32,000 bases of DNA from Kineococcus radiotolerans SRS30216 = ATCC BAA-149. Lineage in GTDB: Bacteria; Actinomycetota; Actinomycetes; Actinomycetales; Kineococcaceae. This document shows positions 8,237-15,495 of the stretch, in pieces. Position 1 is the stretch's first letter. Every line of letters starts with the position of its first letter. Made by a program: the position numbers and the translations under genes. The DNA is taken from NCBI RefSeq assembly GCF_000017305.1, contig NC_009664.2, positions 570,001 through 602,000 on the forward strand, written 5' to 3'. The notes under the pieces were generated by a model that saw nothing but the letters and a program-made list of their open reading frames with translations, was not told where the DNA came from and ran no database searches.

Positions 8237-9808
8237 TTACGAGCCGAGGTTGCTCAACTGGCCGGCCAGCCAGCTCGACTGGCTCTGGAGCTTGCCGAGC
8301 TGCACTTCCAGGGCACCGTAGTACTTCTGGTAGTACGCCTGCTTGTCCTTGAGCTTCACGTCCCAATCCGCGATGCGGTTCTTGAGGTCGGCGATCGAGA
8401 TGTTCTGGTTGGTGATGATCTGGGTGATCGTCCCGTCCAGCGCCTTGAGGCCGATGGCCGTGTCCTCCTTGCGGCCGATGGCCTGGTCCACGACGTTCCT
8501 CAGGCGGGTGGCGATGCCGTCCTTGCCGTCGTCTGCGACGACGGTCTTGCCGTCGACAACGGTCGTGGACCGCTTGGCGACGAGGTCCTTCAGCCCGGTC
8601 GGGTCCTTCTCGTAGGCGGCGAGGAAGGATCCTTCCTTGAAGACGAGCTTGCCGTCCCTGGTGGACTCGACGCCGAACGAGGCCGCGGACGTGTTGATGC
8701 CCGTCGCGGTGATGTTGCCGGTGACGGCCTCGATGATCTGACTGCGCAGGGACCGCAGCGCGGGGTCACCACGCAGCGTGCCGCCGCCGGTGACGGAACC
8801 GTCGGCGCTTACCGACGCGGCCCGCGACTGCAAGGCCACGTCGTCGAGCGCGGCGTTGGCCGCGTCCACGAGTGCCTTCATCGAGGCAGCGACCGCGGCG
8901 CTGTTCGGAGCGACGGAGACCGTCGCCTTCTCCCTCTCCGTGGGCGCATCCGCCTTGAAGGGCGACTCCGCGGAGACCGTGAAGGACAGACCCGCGATGA
9001 TGTCGGAGAAGGTGTTGGTCGGAGACGTCATCGGGTCACCGGTAGCCAGTAGGATGCTGGCGTCCTTCGACGAGGACGCGGTATATCCCGTACCGCCGGT
9101 TCGAGTCACGTCCTGGACGTTCAAATCGGCGAAGTCCTGGGCGTCGAAGCCGACCTCGCGAAGCTTCCCGTCGCGGCCGGTACTCGCGTTGCCGCCCACG
9201 CTGGGCACGATCTTGAAATCGCCCTCGCTGGCGCCGGTCTTCGTTGAGGTGATCTGCAACCGGTACTGCCCGTCTCCGACGCGGATCGCCACCGCCTTGA
9301 TACCGAGGTCAGCAGCATCGTTGACAGCCTTGGCCACCGCCTCCAGGTCACCCGAACTGGGGGTGATCGTGACGAACTTGCCGTCGCTGCGCACCACGTC
9401 CAAGGGGGAACCCCCGAGTGCGCTGGTCAACTCAGCGCCCTTGTCGGCGGCCTTGGAGTTGAAGATCGCGCTGGTGACGGTTCTGCCGGCCGCCACCCCG
9501 GTGACCGAGAAGCTCACCGAACCCGCCGAAGCGGCCTCGGTGGTGCTGACGGCGACGGACTTGTCCGAGGACGTCGCCTTGGTGGGAGTCCAGGCCGTGG
9601 CCGCCTGGAGCTTGGTTGCAGCCTCCTGCACGGCCAGCATCTTGGAGCTAACCGACTGGTAGGCCGTGATCTTCAGCTGCGTCGAGCTGACGCTGCTCTT
9701 CAGCCGTGTCTGGGTGGCGGAGTCCACGGCGATGAGCGAGGAGATGATGCTGCTGGTCTGCAGGCCACTGACGAGGCCGTCGACGCTGGACGAAGAGATC
9801 GTGGACAT
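8237..9808 (-). CDS. fliD: flagellar filament capping protein FliD (hook-associated protein 2)
   Basis: N-terminus MSTISSSSVDGLVSGLQTSSIISSLIAVDSATQTRLKSS... and C-terminal coiled coil with YQKYYGALEVQLGKLQSQSSWL. ATG 9808 lies 7 nt from AAAGGAGG; GTG 9811 is an alternative. Confidence 0.9.
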   Translation of the reverse strand: MSTISSSSVDGLVSGLQTSSIISSLIAVDSATQTRLKSSVSSTQLKITAYQSVSSKMLAVQEAATKLQAATAWTPTKATSSDKSVAVSTTEAASAGSVSFSVTGVAAGRTVTSAIFNSKAADKGAELTSALGGSPLDVVRSDGKFVTITPSSGDLEAVAKAVNDAADLGIKAVAIRVGDGQYRLQITSTKTGASEGDFKIVPSVGGNASTGRDGKLREVGFDAQDFADLNVQDVTRTGGTGYTASSSKDASILLATGDPMTSPTNTFSDIIAGLSFTVSAESPFKADAPTEREKATVSVAPNSAAVAASMKALVDAANAALDDVALQSRAASVSADGSVTGGGTLRGDPALRSLRSQIIEAVTGNITATGINTSAASFGVESTRDGKLVFKEGSFLAAYEKDPTGLKDLVAKRSTTVVDGKTVVADDGKDGIATRLRNVVDQAIGRKEDTAIGLKALDGTITQIITNQNISIADLKNRIADWDVKLKDKQAYYQKYYGALEVQLGKLQSQSSWLAGQLSNLGS

Positions 9809-9851
9809 CACGCCCCCTCCTTTCAGGTGTGTGGTGCTTGAGAACGCAGGA

Positions 9852-9886
9852 AGCGGGGGGGCACCGGGGTCACCGGTGCCCCCCCG
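9852..9886 (-). terminator. hairpin downstream of fliC
   Basis: Perfect 15-bp stem GCGGGGGGGCACCGG / CCGGTGCCCCCCCGC with 5-nt loop, in the 125-nt fliC-fliD gap. No clear U tract, as is common in high-GC actinobacteria. Confidence 0.65.
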
Positions 9887-9936
9887 CCTGGTGAGACCGG
9901 CCCGACTAGGGTCAGGCAGGCTCAGAGCTCAGCAGG

Positions 9937-11526
9937 TCAGCCGCGCAGCAGGGACAGGATGTTCTGCGAGGCGGAGTTCGCCTGCGCGAGCATGCTCGTG
10001 CCGGCCTGCGACAGAATCTGGTTCTTGGTGAACTTCGTCATCTCCTTCGCCATGTCGGTGTCGCGAATCGCGGACTCCGACGCGGTGATGTTCTCGATGG
10101 AGACGTTGAGGTTGTTCACCGCGTGCTCGAAGCGGTTCTGGATCGCACCGATCGAAGCACGCTGCGAGGAGATGCTGTCCAGAGCCTTGCTGATCTTGGT
10201 GATGGCCTCCGACGCGTTGACGCGCAGGTCGATGCTGGACGTGCCCAGAGCAGCGCTGCTGACCCCGGTGACACCCATCGTGATCGTCTCGCCAGCGTTT
10301 GCGCCGACCTGGAAGACGCCGGTGTTGCCCTTCTGGACCGTTGCGGAGCTAGTCAGACCCAGCGCGTTGGTAGTAGCCCCCAGGGTGAAGTCAGAACTGA
10401 TGGAAGTAAGGGAGAGCTTGTAACCGGTTCCACCAGGAACGACGTCGTTCTTCATGACGACCTCGTCACCCTTGCCACCAGCAGCGATCAGAGCGCTGCT
10501 AATCTTGGCGTTGACGGCCGTCAAGAGGGCGTCCGCACTGGCGTGGTCGGCAGCGTCCAGAGTCACGTCGACACCAGTCGCAGGGCCGAACGATTCACCA
10601 CTGGCAGTCTTCAAGTTGCGCAGGTTGAGGATGTTGTTTGCTGCAAGGTCTCGCGTGCTGACCTTGCCGTCGACGCCGGCACGGATTGCATCTCCGCCGG
10701 AGAGCGCCGACTGGCCACCACCGGGGGTGCGCGTACCGGCAGCAGGACCGGTGCCACCAGTCTGGGTCCAAGAGATTGTCACCAGCCCGGTTGCCTTGTC
10801 CACAGCCGCGGTCGCAGTGAGCGTGCCGTCGACCGCGGCGCTACCACCATCCGCAGTAAGCTGGGTTCGGGCGGCGGTCGTCAGGGCAGCCGCGTAAGCG
10901 TTGGCGTCCGCGAACTCCTGCTTGGCAGGCAAGTTGGTCGACGCGATGGTCAGCGTGGCGCTGGCGCCGTTGACGGAGACGGTGGTCAGGGCGGCAACGT
11001 CGTTGCGGTTAGTCACCGCCGCGGACCGGATCTCGATCGGGTTGCTAGCGCTGACCGCACGGGTGCTCGCGTCACCATCAACCTTGGCCGTCACACCGTA
11101 GGTGCCGTCGAGCAGCTTGGTGTTGCCGAAGGAGGTGGTGGTGGAGATGCGGTCAAGCTCAGCGTTGAGCTGGGTCAGCTCCTTCTGCGCAGCATCCTTG
11201 GCCAGAACGTCCTGCGAGCCGGCGTTGGCGGCCTGGGTGGCCAGGTCACGCATGCGCTGGAGGATGGAGGTGGAGACGCCGAGCGCGCCGTCTGCGGTCT
11301 GCGCGACGTTGACGCCGTCCTGGGCGTTACGGGCGGCCTGGGTCATGCCGTTGATCTGCGAGCGCAGACCCTCGGAGACGACCAGACCGGCGGCGTCGTC
11401 GGCAGCCTTGTTGATGCGGAAGCCGGACGACAGCTTTTCGAGCGAGCCGCTCATCGCCTTGTCGCTGGCCGCGAGGTTGCGGTAGCTGTTGACGGCGGCG
11501 ATGTTGTTGTTGATGCGAAGACCCAT
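9937..11526 (-). CDS. fliC: flagellin (529 aa, long central variable domain)
   Basis: ATG 11526 preceded by CACGGAGGA. N-terminal MGLRINNNIAAVNSYRNLAASDKAMSGSLEKLSSGFRINKAADDAAGL and C-terminal GAIQNRFEHAVNNLN...TKNQILSQAGTSMLAQANSASQNILSLLRG flagellin D0/D1 signatures. Confidence 0.95.
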   Translation of the reverse strand: MGLRINNNIAAVNSYRNLAASDKAMSGSLEKLSSGFRINKAADDAAGLVVSEGLRSQINGMTQAARNAQDGVNVAQTADGALGVSTSILQRMRDLATQAANAGSQDVLAKDAAQKELTQLNAELDRISTTTSFGNTKLLDGTYGVTAKVDGDASTRAVSASNPIEIRSAAVTNRNDVAALTTVSVNGASATLTIASTNLPAKQEFADANAYAAALTTAARTQLTADGGSAAVDGTLTATAAVDKATGLVTISWTQTGGTGPAAGTRTPGGGQSALSGGDAIRAGVDGKVSTRDLAANNILNLRNLKTASGESFGPATGVDVTLDAADHASADALLTAVNAKISSALIAAGGKGDEVVMKNDVVPGGTGYKLSLTSISSDFTLGATTNALGLTSSATVQKGNTGVFQVGANAGETITMGVTGVSSAALGTSSIDLRVNASEAITKISKALDSISSQRASIGAIQNRFEHAVNNLNVSIENITASESAIRDTDMAKEMTKFTKNQILSQAGTSMLAQANSASQNILSLLRG

Positions 11527-11535
11527 GGTGACGAT

Positions 11536-11590
11536 TCCTCCGTGATGTGGGGTCTGACGTGGTTCGTGTCTGCCCTCCGTGGCCTGACAC
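11536..11590 (-). promoter_or_regulatory. fliC 5' leader with two CACGGAGG elements (one in a hairpin loop, one over the SD)
   Basis: Leader reads GTGTCAGGCCACGGAGGGCAGACAC (GTGTC/GACAC stem, inner GCC/GGC pairs, ACGGAG in the loop; 11566-11590), then ...ATCACGGAGGAATCGTCACC-ATG (11536-11544 overlaps the SD). Confidence 0.4.
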
Positions 11591-11595
11591 TTCAT

Positions 11596-11623
11596 TCATC
11601 GGCTCGTGGGCTCCGGACCTGAG
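11596..11623 (-). promoter_or_regulatory. putative sigma-28/WhiG-type promoter of fliC (CTCA-N16-GCCGATGA)
   Basis: Minus strand reads CTCA GGTCCGGAGCCCACGA GCCGATGA. The -10 matches the established sigma-28 element GCCGATAA in 7 of 8 positions. It lies about 70 nt upstream of the fliC ATG. Confidence 0.55.
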
Positions 11624-11806
11624 CGGTTCATCCCGTGGCAAACGGGTGACCCTCTGCGATCATCCGCACCACGACCACCTGGAGTCCCTCCAGGCACGCT
11701 CGGTCGTGTTGAGCCCACCAGTCGACGCGGCTCCGCGAGCGGAACCCCGTCTCTTCCATGTAACCACGCAGGGTCACAACTTGTCGCGCTCAGTGAGGAA
11801 TGAGGA

Positions 11807-11838
11807 AGGCCCCGTTCCGACGGGTCGGAACGGGGCCT
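11807..11838 (-). terminator. hairpin downstream of the sigma-factor gene
   Basis: Perfect 14-bp stem AGGCCCCGTTCCGA / TCGGAACGGGGCCT, loop CGGG, 20 nt after stop 11858. Followed on the minus strand by CCTTCCTCATTCC. Confidence 0.65.
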
Positions 11839-11857
11839 CTGAGCCGAGCGGAGGGGC

Positions 11858-12757
11858 TCAAGCGGTGCGGCGGGCCGGCGGCGCGCCCATCGACGCGAAC
11901 GCTGAGAGGGCCAGGCGCGATCGGAAGTCGCTCTGGGCCCCGACGGCGGCGAAATAGGACTCCTTGCGCTTCAGCGCCGCACCGGAGCCGGTGACCTTCG
12001 AGACCATCTCCGGGGAGAGGTGCGTGTTCATGCCGTCGCGCAGCAGGGCGAGCGCCTCGGCGCGCATCTGCGAGATGCGGGACTCGGAGACCTCGAGCTC
12101 CTCGGCGAGCTCGGCCATCGGCCGTTCCTGGATGAAGTAGCCCTCGATGACGTGCTTCAGGCGCTCGGGCAGGACCGCGATCGCGGAGCGGAGGTAGCCG
12201 AGGCGCTCGCGGTGCAGGAGCTCCTGCTCCGGGCCGGGGGCGTGGGTCGGGAGGTGGTCGTCGATGGACCCGCCCTCGGCGGTGAAGCCCTGCATCGACA
12301 GGACCATGGAACGCTGCGCCTCGTCGCGGGTGCTGGCGAGCTCCTTCTCGGAGACCCCCAGCGACGCGGCGAGCTCGGCGCTGGTGGGGGTGCGGCCCAG
12401 CTCGGTGGTCAGCTGGTCCTCGGTCCGGCTCAGCTGGCGCTGGCGGCTGCGGACCCCGCGGGAGGCCCAGTCCGCCCCGCGCAGGTCGTCGAGGATGGCA
12501 CCGCGGATGCGGGTGTTGGCGTACCGGTTGAACGGCACCCCGGTGTTGGGGTCGTAGCCGCGGGAGGCCTGGAACAGGGCCATCAGCCCCGCCGAGGTGA
12601 GGTCGTCGCGGCTGACGTGCGACGGCAGACGACCGATGAACTCGGAGGTGATGTAGCCGACGAGCGGCAGGTTCTTCTCGACGAGCGCGTGGCGCTCGGC
12701 GGCAGAGAGCTCGACCATGGGGAGCTCCCGGGCGGCGAAGGCGGTGTCTGCGGTCAC
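11858..12757 (-). CDS. fliA: FliA/WhiG-family (sigma-28 type) RNA polymerase sigma factor
   Basis: Region 2 (LVEKNLPLVGYITSEF...DLTSAGLMALFQASRGYDP...FNRYANTRIRGAILDDLR) and region 4 HTH (LPERLKHVIEGYFIQERPMAELAEELEVSESRISQMRAEAL). GTG 12757 or ATG 12718 are possible starts. Confidence 0.9.
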   Translation of the reverse strand: MTADTAFAARELPMVELSAAERHALVEKNLPLVGYITSEFIGRLPSHVSRDDLTSAGLMALFQASRGYDPNTGVPFNRYANTRIRGAILDDLRGADWASRGVRSRQRQLSRTEDQLTTELGRTPTSAELAASLGVSEKELASTRDEAQRSMVLSMQGFTAEGGSIDDHLPTHAPGPEQELLHRERLGYLRSAIAVLPERLKHVIEGYFIQERPMAELAEELEVSESRISQMRAEALALLRDGMNTHLSPEMVSKVTGSGAALKRKESYFAAVGAQSDFRSRLALSAFASMGAPPARRTA

Positions 12758-12793
12758 ACCCCCCTTCTCGGCAGCTACCCCCTCGTGACTTGA

Positions 12794-12838
12794 GCGCCGA
12801 ACGGGTGAGGACCGCTGGCCCCCGGGTGCGCCGAACGG
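12794..12838. repeat. 11-nt direct repeat GCGCCGAACGG x2 in the sigma-factor / flgM-position divergent spacer
   Basis: Copies at 12794-12804 and 12828-12838, start to start 34 nt. Confidence 0.6.
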
Positions 12839-12908
12839 ACCGCAGGCGTCACTGCGGGTCGCTCATCCGGCCAGCCGGGTGACAAGATCCCCGGAGGGGG
12901 CGACGATG

Positions 12909-12937
12909 CTCAGCAACCGGAGCGGGTGAGCCGAAGG
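12909..12937 (+). promoter_or_regulatory. putative sigma-28-like promoter of the flgM-position ORF (CTCA-N17-GCCGAAGG)
   Basis: CTCA GCAACCGGAGCGGGTGA GCCGAAGG, about 60 nt upstream of ATG 12998. Weaker -10 (A for T) and one extra spacer nt. Confidence 0.4.
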
Positions 12938-12997
12938 TTGTCGGGAAGCAACGACGCCGCAAACGATGCGGCGGATGGTGTACGAGTGGCTGGAGGT

Positions 12998-13348
12998 ATG
13001 GACGTGAAGCCGCTGTGGCAGGTCGTGCGTGACCTGGAGTTCGCGCACAAGAAGGGCCGCCTCACCCCGACGTTCCTCGACTACTACGCCGAGGTGAACG
13101 GCGAGCGCGTGAGCGCCCTCTACGCGCTCTGCGCGAAGAACTTCCTCGACGTCGAGCACGAGATCGGGCGCAACGACCACATCGCCACCGAGCGCGCGAT
13201 GGGTGTCGACCAGGCCGCGGTCAACCGCGCCATGGAGGAGGAGGCACGCGTCCTGCACCAGGAGCTGCGCACCGCCCGCGACGACGGCCGGCCGTACTAC
13301 CTGCGCAAGCCCACCAAGAACGCCCAGTTCATCCGCAAGTCTGACTGA
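12998..13348 (+). CDS. hypothetical protein in the syntenic flgM position; no recognisable family
   Basis: G/C third positions throughout. ATG 12998 or GTG 13004, just after GGAGG 12992-12996. The 12926 ORF start lies upstream of the putative promoter. Sits between the divergent sigma-28 gene and flgN-flgK-flgL. Confidence 0.65.
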   Translation: MDVKPLWQVVRDLEFAHKKGRLTPTFLDYYAEVNGERVSALYALCAKNFLDVEHEIGRNDHIATERAMGVDQAAVNRAMEEEARVLHQELRTARDDGRPYYLRKPTKNAQFIRKSD

Positions 13349-13443
13349 TCGCTCCCCCGGGCGGGGCTCGCCTCGACGGCGCCCCACCCCGCACGGGTGC
13401 GCCGGCCGCCGCCACTGGTCGCCCCGATCCACCCGCCCGGCCC

Positions 13444-13471
13444 CTCAGCTCGTGGTAGGAGCGGCCGATGG
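13444..13471 (+). promoter_or_regulatory. putative sigma-28/WhiG-type promoter of flgN-flgK-flgL (CTCA-N16-GCCGATGG)
   Basis: CTCA GCTCGTGGTAGGAGCG GCCGATGG, 45 nt upstream of the flgN ATG. Same architecture as the fliC site. Confidence 0.55.
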
Positions 13472-13515
13472 ACGTCTCGAGCACCACTTGCTGATCGGAT
13501 CGGGGAAGGACACGC

Positions 13516-14007
13516 ATGGGACTGGCTGAGGTCTCCGGCATCCTCTGGAAGGAGCGGGAGCTGCTGGAGCTGCTCCTGTTCAAGCTGGAGGAGGAGCAGC
13601 TCGTGCTGGCCAGCGGCCGCACGCGCTGGCTGGCGCACGCGACCCGCGAGGTCGAGTTCGTCATGGAGCAGATCCGCTCCACGGAGCTCCTGCGGGCCGT
13701 CGAGGTCGACGCCGCCGCCGGCGAGCTGGGCCTGGAGCCCGGCCCCAGCCTCGGCGCGATCGCGGCGGCGGCCCCGGACCCCTGGGGCGAGCTGTTCCGC
13801 GGCCACCGCGACGCGTTCCTGACGCTGACCGCGGAGATCCAGGACCTCGCCGACGCCAACCGTGACCTGCTGACCGCCGGGTCCCGCGCCCTGCGGGAGA
13901 CCCTGCTCGGGCTGGACCAGCCCCTCGACACCTACACCGCCCGGGGCAAGAACACGGCCGCGTCGGCCGGCGGATCCCGCGCCCACTTCGTCGACGAAGC
14001 CCTCTGA
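13516..14007 (+). CDS. flgN: FlgN-like flagellar export chaperone
   Basis: ATG 13516 after GGGGAAGGA. Helical N-terminus LWKERELLELLLFKLEEEQLVLASGRTRWL typical of FlgN/YvyG proteins. Lies immediately upstream of flgK. Confidence 0.7.
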   Translation: MGLAEVSGILWKERELLELLLFKLEEEQLVLASGRTRWLAHATREVEFVMEQIRSTELLRAVEVDAAAGELGLEPGPSLGAIAAAAPDPWGELFRGHRDAFLTLTAEIQDLADANRDLLTAGSRALRETLLGLDQPLDTYTARGKNTAASAGGSRAHFVDEAL

Positions 14008-14018
14008 GAGGACCCCTG

Positions 14019-15467
14019 ATGAGCACCTTCTCCGGCATCAACACCGCCTCGCGCGCCCTCGGCGCCGCCCAGCGCGGCATGGAGACCACCGGGCAGAACA
14101 TCGCCAACGTCAACACCCCCGGCTACTCCCGCCAGCGGGTCGAGCAGTCCTCGAGCGTCCTCAACCAGACCGGTCAGTTCACCCAGAAGTACGTCCCCGG
14201 CGACGGCGTCGTCGTCAACGGACTGACCCGCGTCTCCGACGCCCTGGCCACCGCGACCGCGCGCCAGGACTCCGCCGCCGCGCAGGAGCAGGCGACGGCC
14301 GCCTCCATCTGGTCCGGCGTCGAGAACGCCATCGGCGACACCGGCGCCAGCGGGTTGAGCGAGAACCTCAAGGACCTGTCCTCGGCGTGGAACGACCTCG
14401 CCGCCAAGGCGGGCACCGACGGCCTCGCCGGCGCGCAGTCCCTGGTCATCACCCGCAGCCAGACCGTGGCGACGCAGATCGTCGGGATGAACACCCAGCT
14501 CGAAGGGCAGTACGACCAGCTCACGCTGCAGGCCGACACGCTCGCCACCCAGGCCAACACCATCGCCGGGAACATCGCCAAGCTCAACACCGGGATCCGC
14601 GAGACCACGGCCAGCGGCGCCTCGGCCAACGAGCTGATGGACCAGCGGGACCAGCTGCTCAACCAGCTCTCCGACATCACCGGCTCGCGCGTCGTGCACC
14701 GCGAGAACGGCACCGTCGACGTCCTCGTGGGGAACGCCACGATCGTCACCGGCGACTTCTCGTACGACCTGAAGATCGGCGTCCAGGAGAGCACCACCAG
14801 CACCGCGCCGATCGCCCCGGGCGCGGAGCGGATCGGAAACCAGCTGGTCGCCACGATCGGCGGCCAGAACGCCGGTCCCGTGGCCGGGTCGCTGAAGGCG
14901 ACGTTCGACGGGGCCAACAAGACCCTCGCCGACCAGCAGAAGGGTCTGAACGACTTCGCGACCGACCTGACGACGAAGGTGAACGCCGCCTACGGCACGA
15001 CCTTCTTCAGCAGCGTGGAGGCCGGCTGGACCACCGGCCCCGTGAAGGCCGCGCAACTGACCGTCTCGGTCACCACCACCTCCTTCCGCGACAGCACCGG
15101 CACCGGCACCGGCACCGGCTCGGCCGACCGCGCCTACGCCCGCGCCGTGTCGGAGGCCTTCAACGGTGCCCCGGCGAAGCCGGCGGTCGGGACGACCCCG
15201 GCGAAGCCGGCGGTCACCGGCATCAAGGACGGTTGGCGCACCCACGTCACCAACCTCGCCGCCTCCACCCAGTCCGCGAACAACCGCGCCGAGCTGTCCG
15301 CGCAGGTGTCGCTGAAGTCCAGCGCGGTCCGCGACGGGGTCTCCGGCGTCAACCTCGACGAGGAGATGACCAACCTCGTCGCCTACCAGCACGCGTACTC
15401 CGCGGCCGCGAAGGTCCTCACCACCATGGACGAGGCCCTGCAGTCCCTCCTCAACATGGTCCGCTGA
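14019..15467 (+). CDS. flgK: flagellar hook-associated protein 1 FlgK
   Basis: MSTFSGINTASRALGAAQRGMETTGQNIANVNTPGYSRQRV at the N-terminus and NLDEEMTNLVAYQHAYSAAAKVLTTMDEALQSLLNM at the C-terminus. Confidence 0.93.
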   Translation: MSTFSGINTASRALGAAQRGMETTGQNIANVNTPGYSRQRVEQSSSVLNQTGQFTQKYVPGDGVVVNGLTRVSDALATATARQDSAAAQEQATAASIWSGVENAIGDTGASGLSENLKDLSSAWNDLAAKAGTDGLAGAQSLVITRSQTVATQIVGMNTQLEGQYDQLTLQADTLATQANTIAGNIAKLNTGIRETTASGASANELMDQRDQLLNQLSDITGSRVVHRENGTVDVLVGNATIVTGDFSYDLKIGVQESTTSTAPIAPGAERIGNQLVATIGGQNAGPVAGSLKATFDGANKTLADQQKGLNDFATDLTTKVNAAYGTTFFSSVEAGWTTGPVKAAQLTVSVTTTSFRDSTGTGTGTGSADRAYARAVSEAFNGAPAKPAVGTTPAKPAVTGIKDGWRTHVTNLAASTQSANNRAELSAQVSLKSSAVRDGVSGVNLDEEMTNLVAYQHAYSAAAKVLTTMDEALQSLLNMVR

Positions 15468-15495
15468 CCCCACTGACTGACCGGAGACCCTGATC

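Noticed and set aside
12998-14007. RsiG-type c-di-GMP-dependent anti-sigma factor next to the WhiG-like sigma (signature E-x3-S-x2-R-x3-Q-x3-D)
   Set aside because: I scanned the 116-aa ORF and the FlgN-like protein residue by residue. Only an R-x3-Q fragment (RVLHQ) and an E-x3-S fragment (EQIRS) occur, and never the full motif.
15097-15120. (CACCGG)x4 microsatellite inside flgK encoding GTGTGTG
   Set aside because: It is short, in frame and within a variable linker of FlgK. It is noted only as a minor slippage-prone site, not a functional element.
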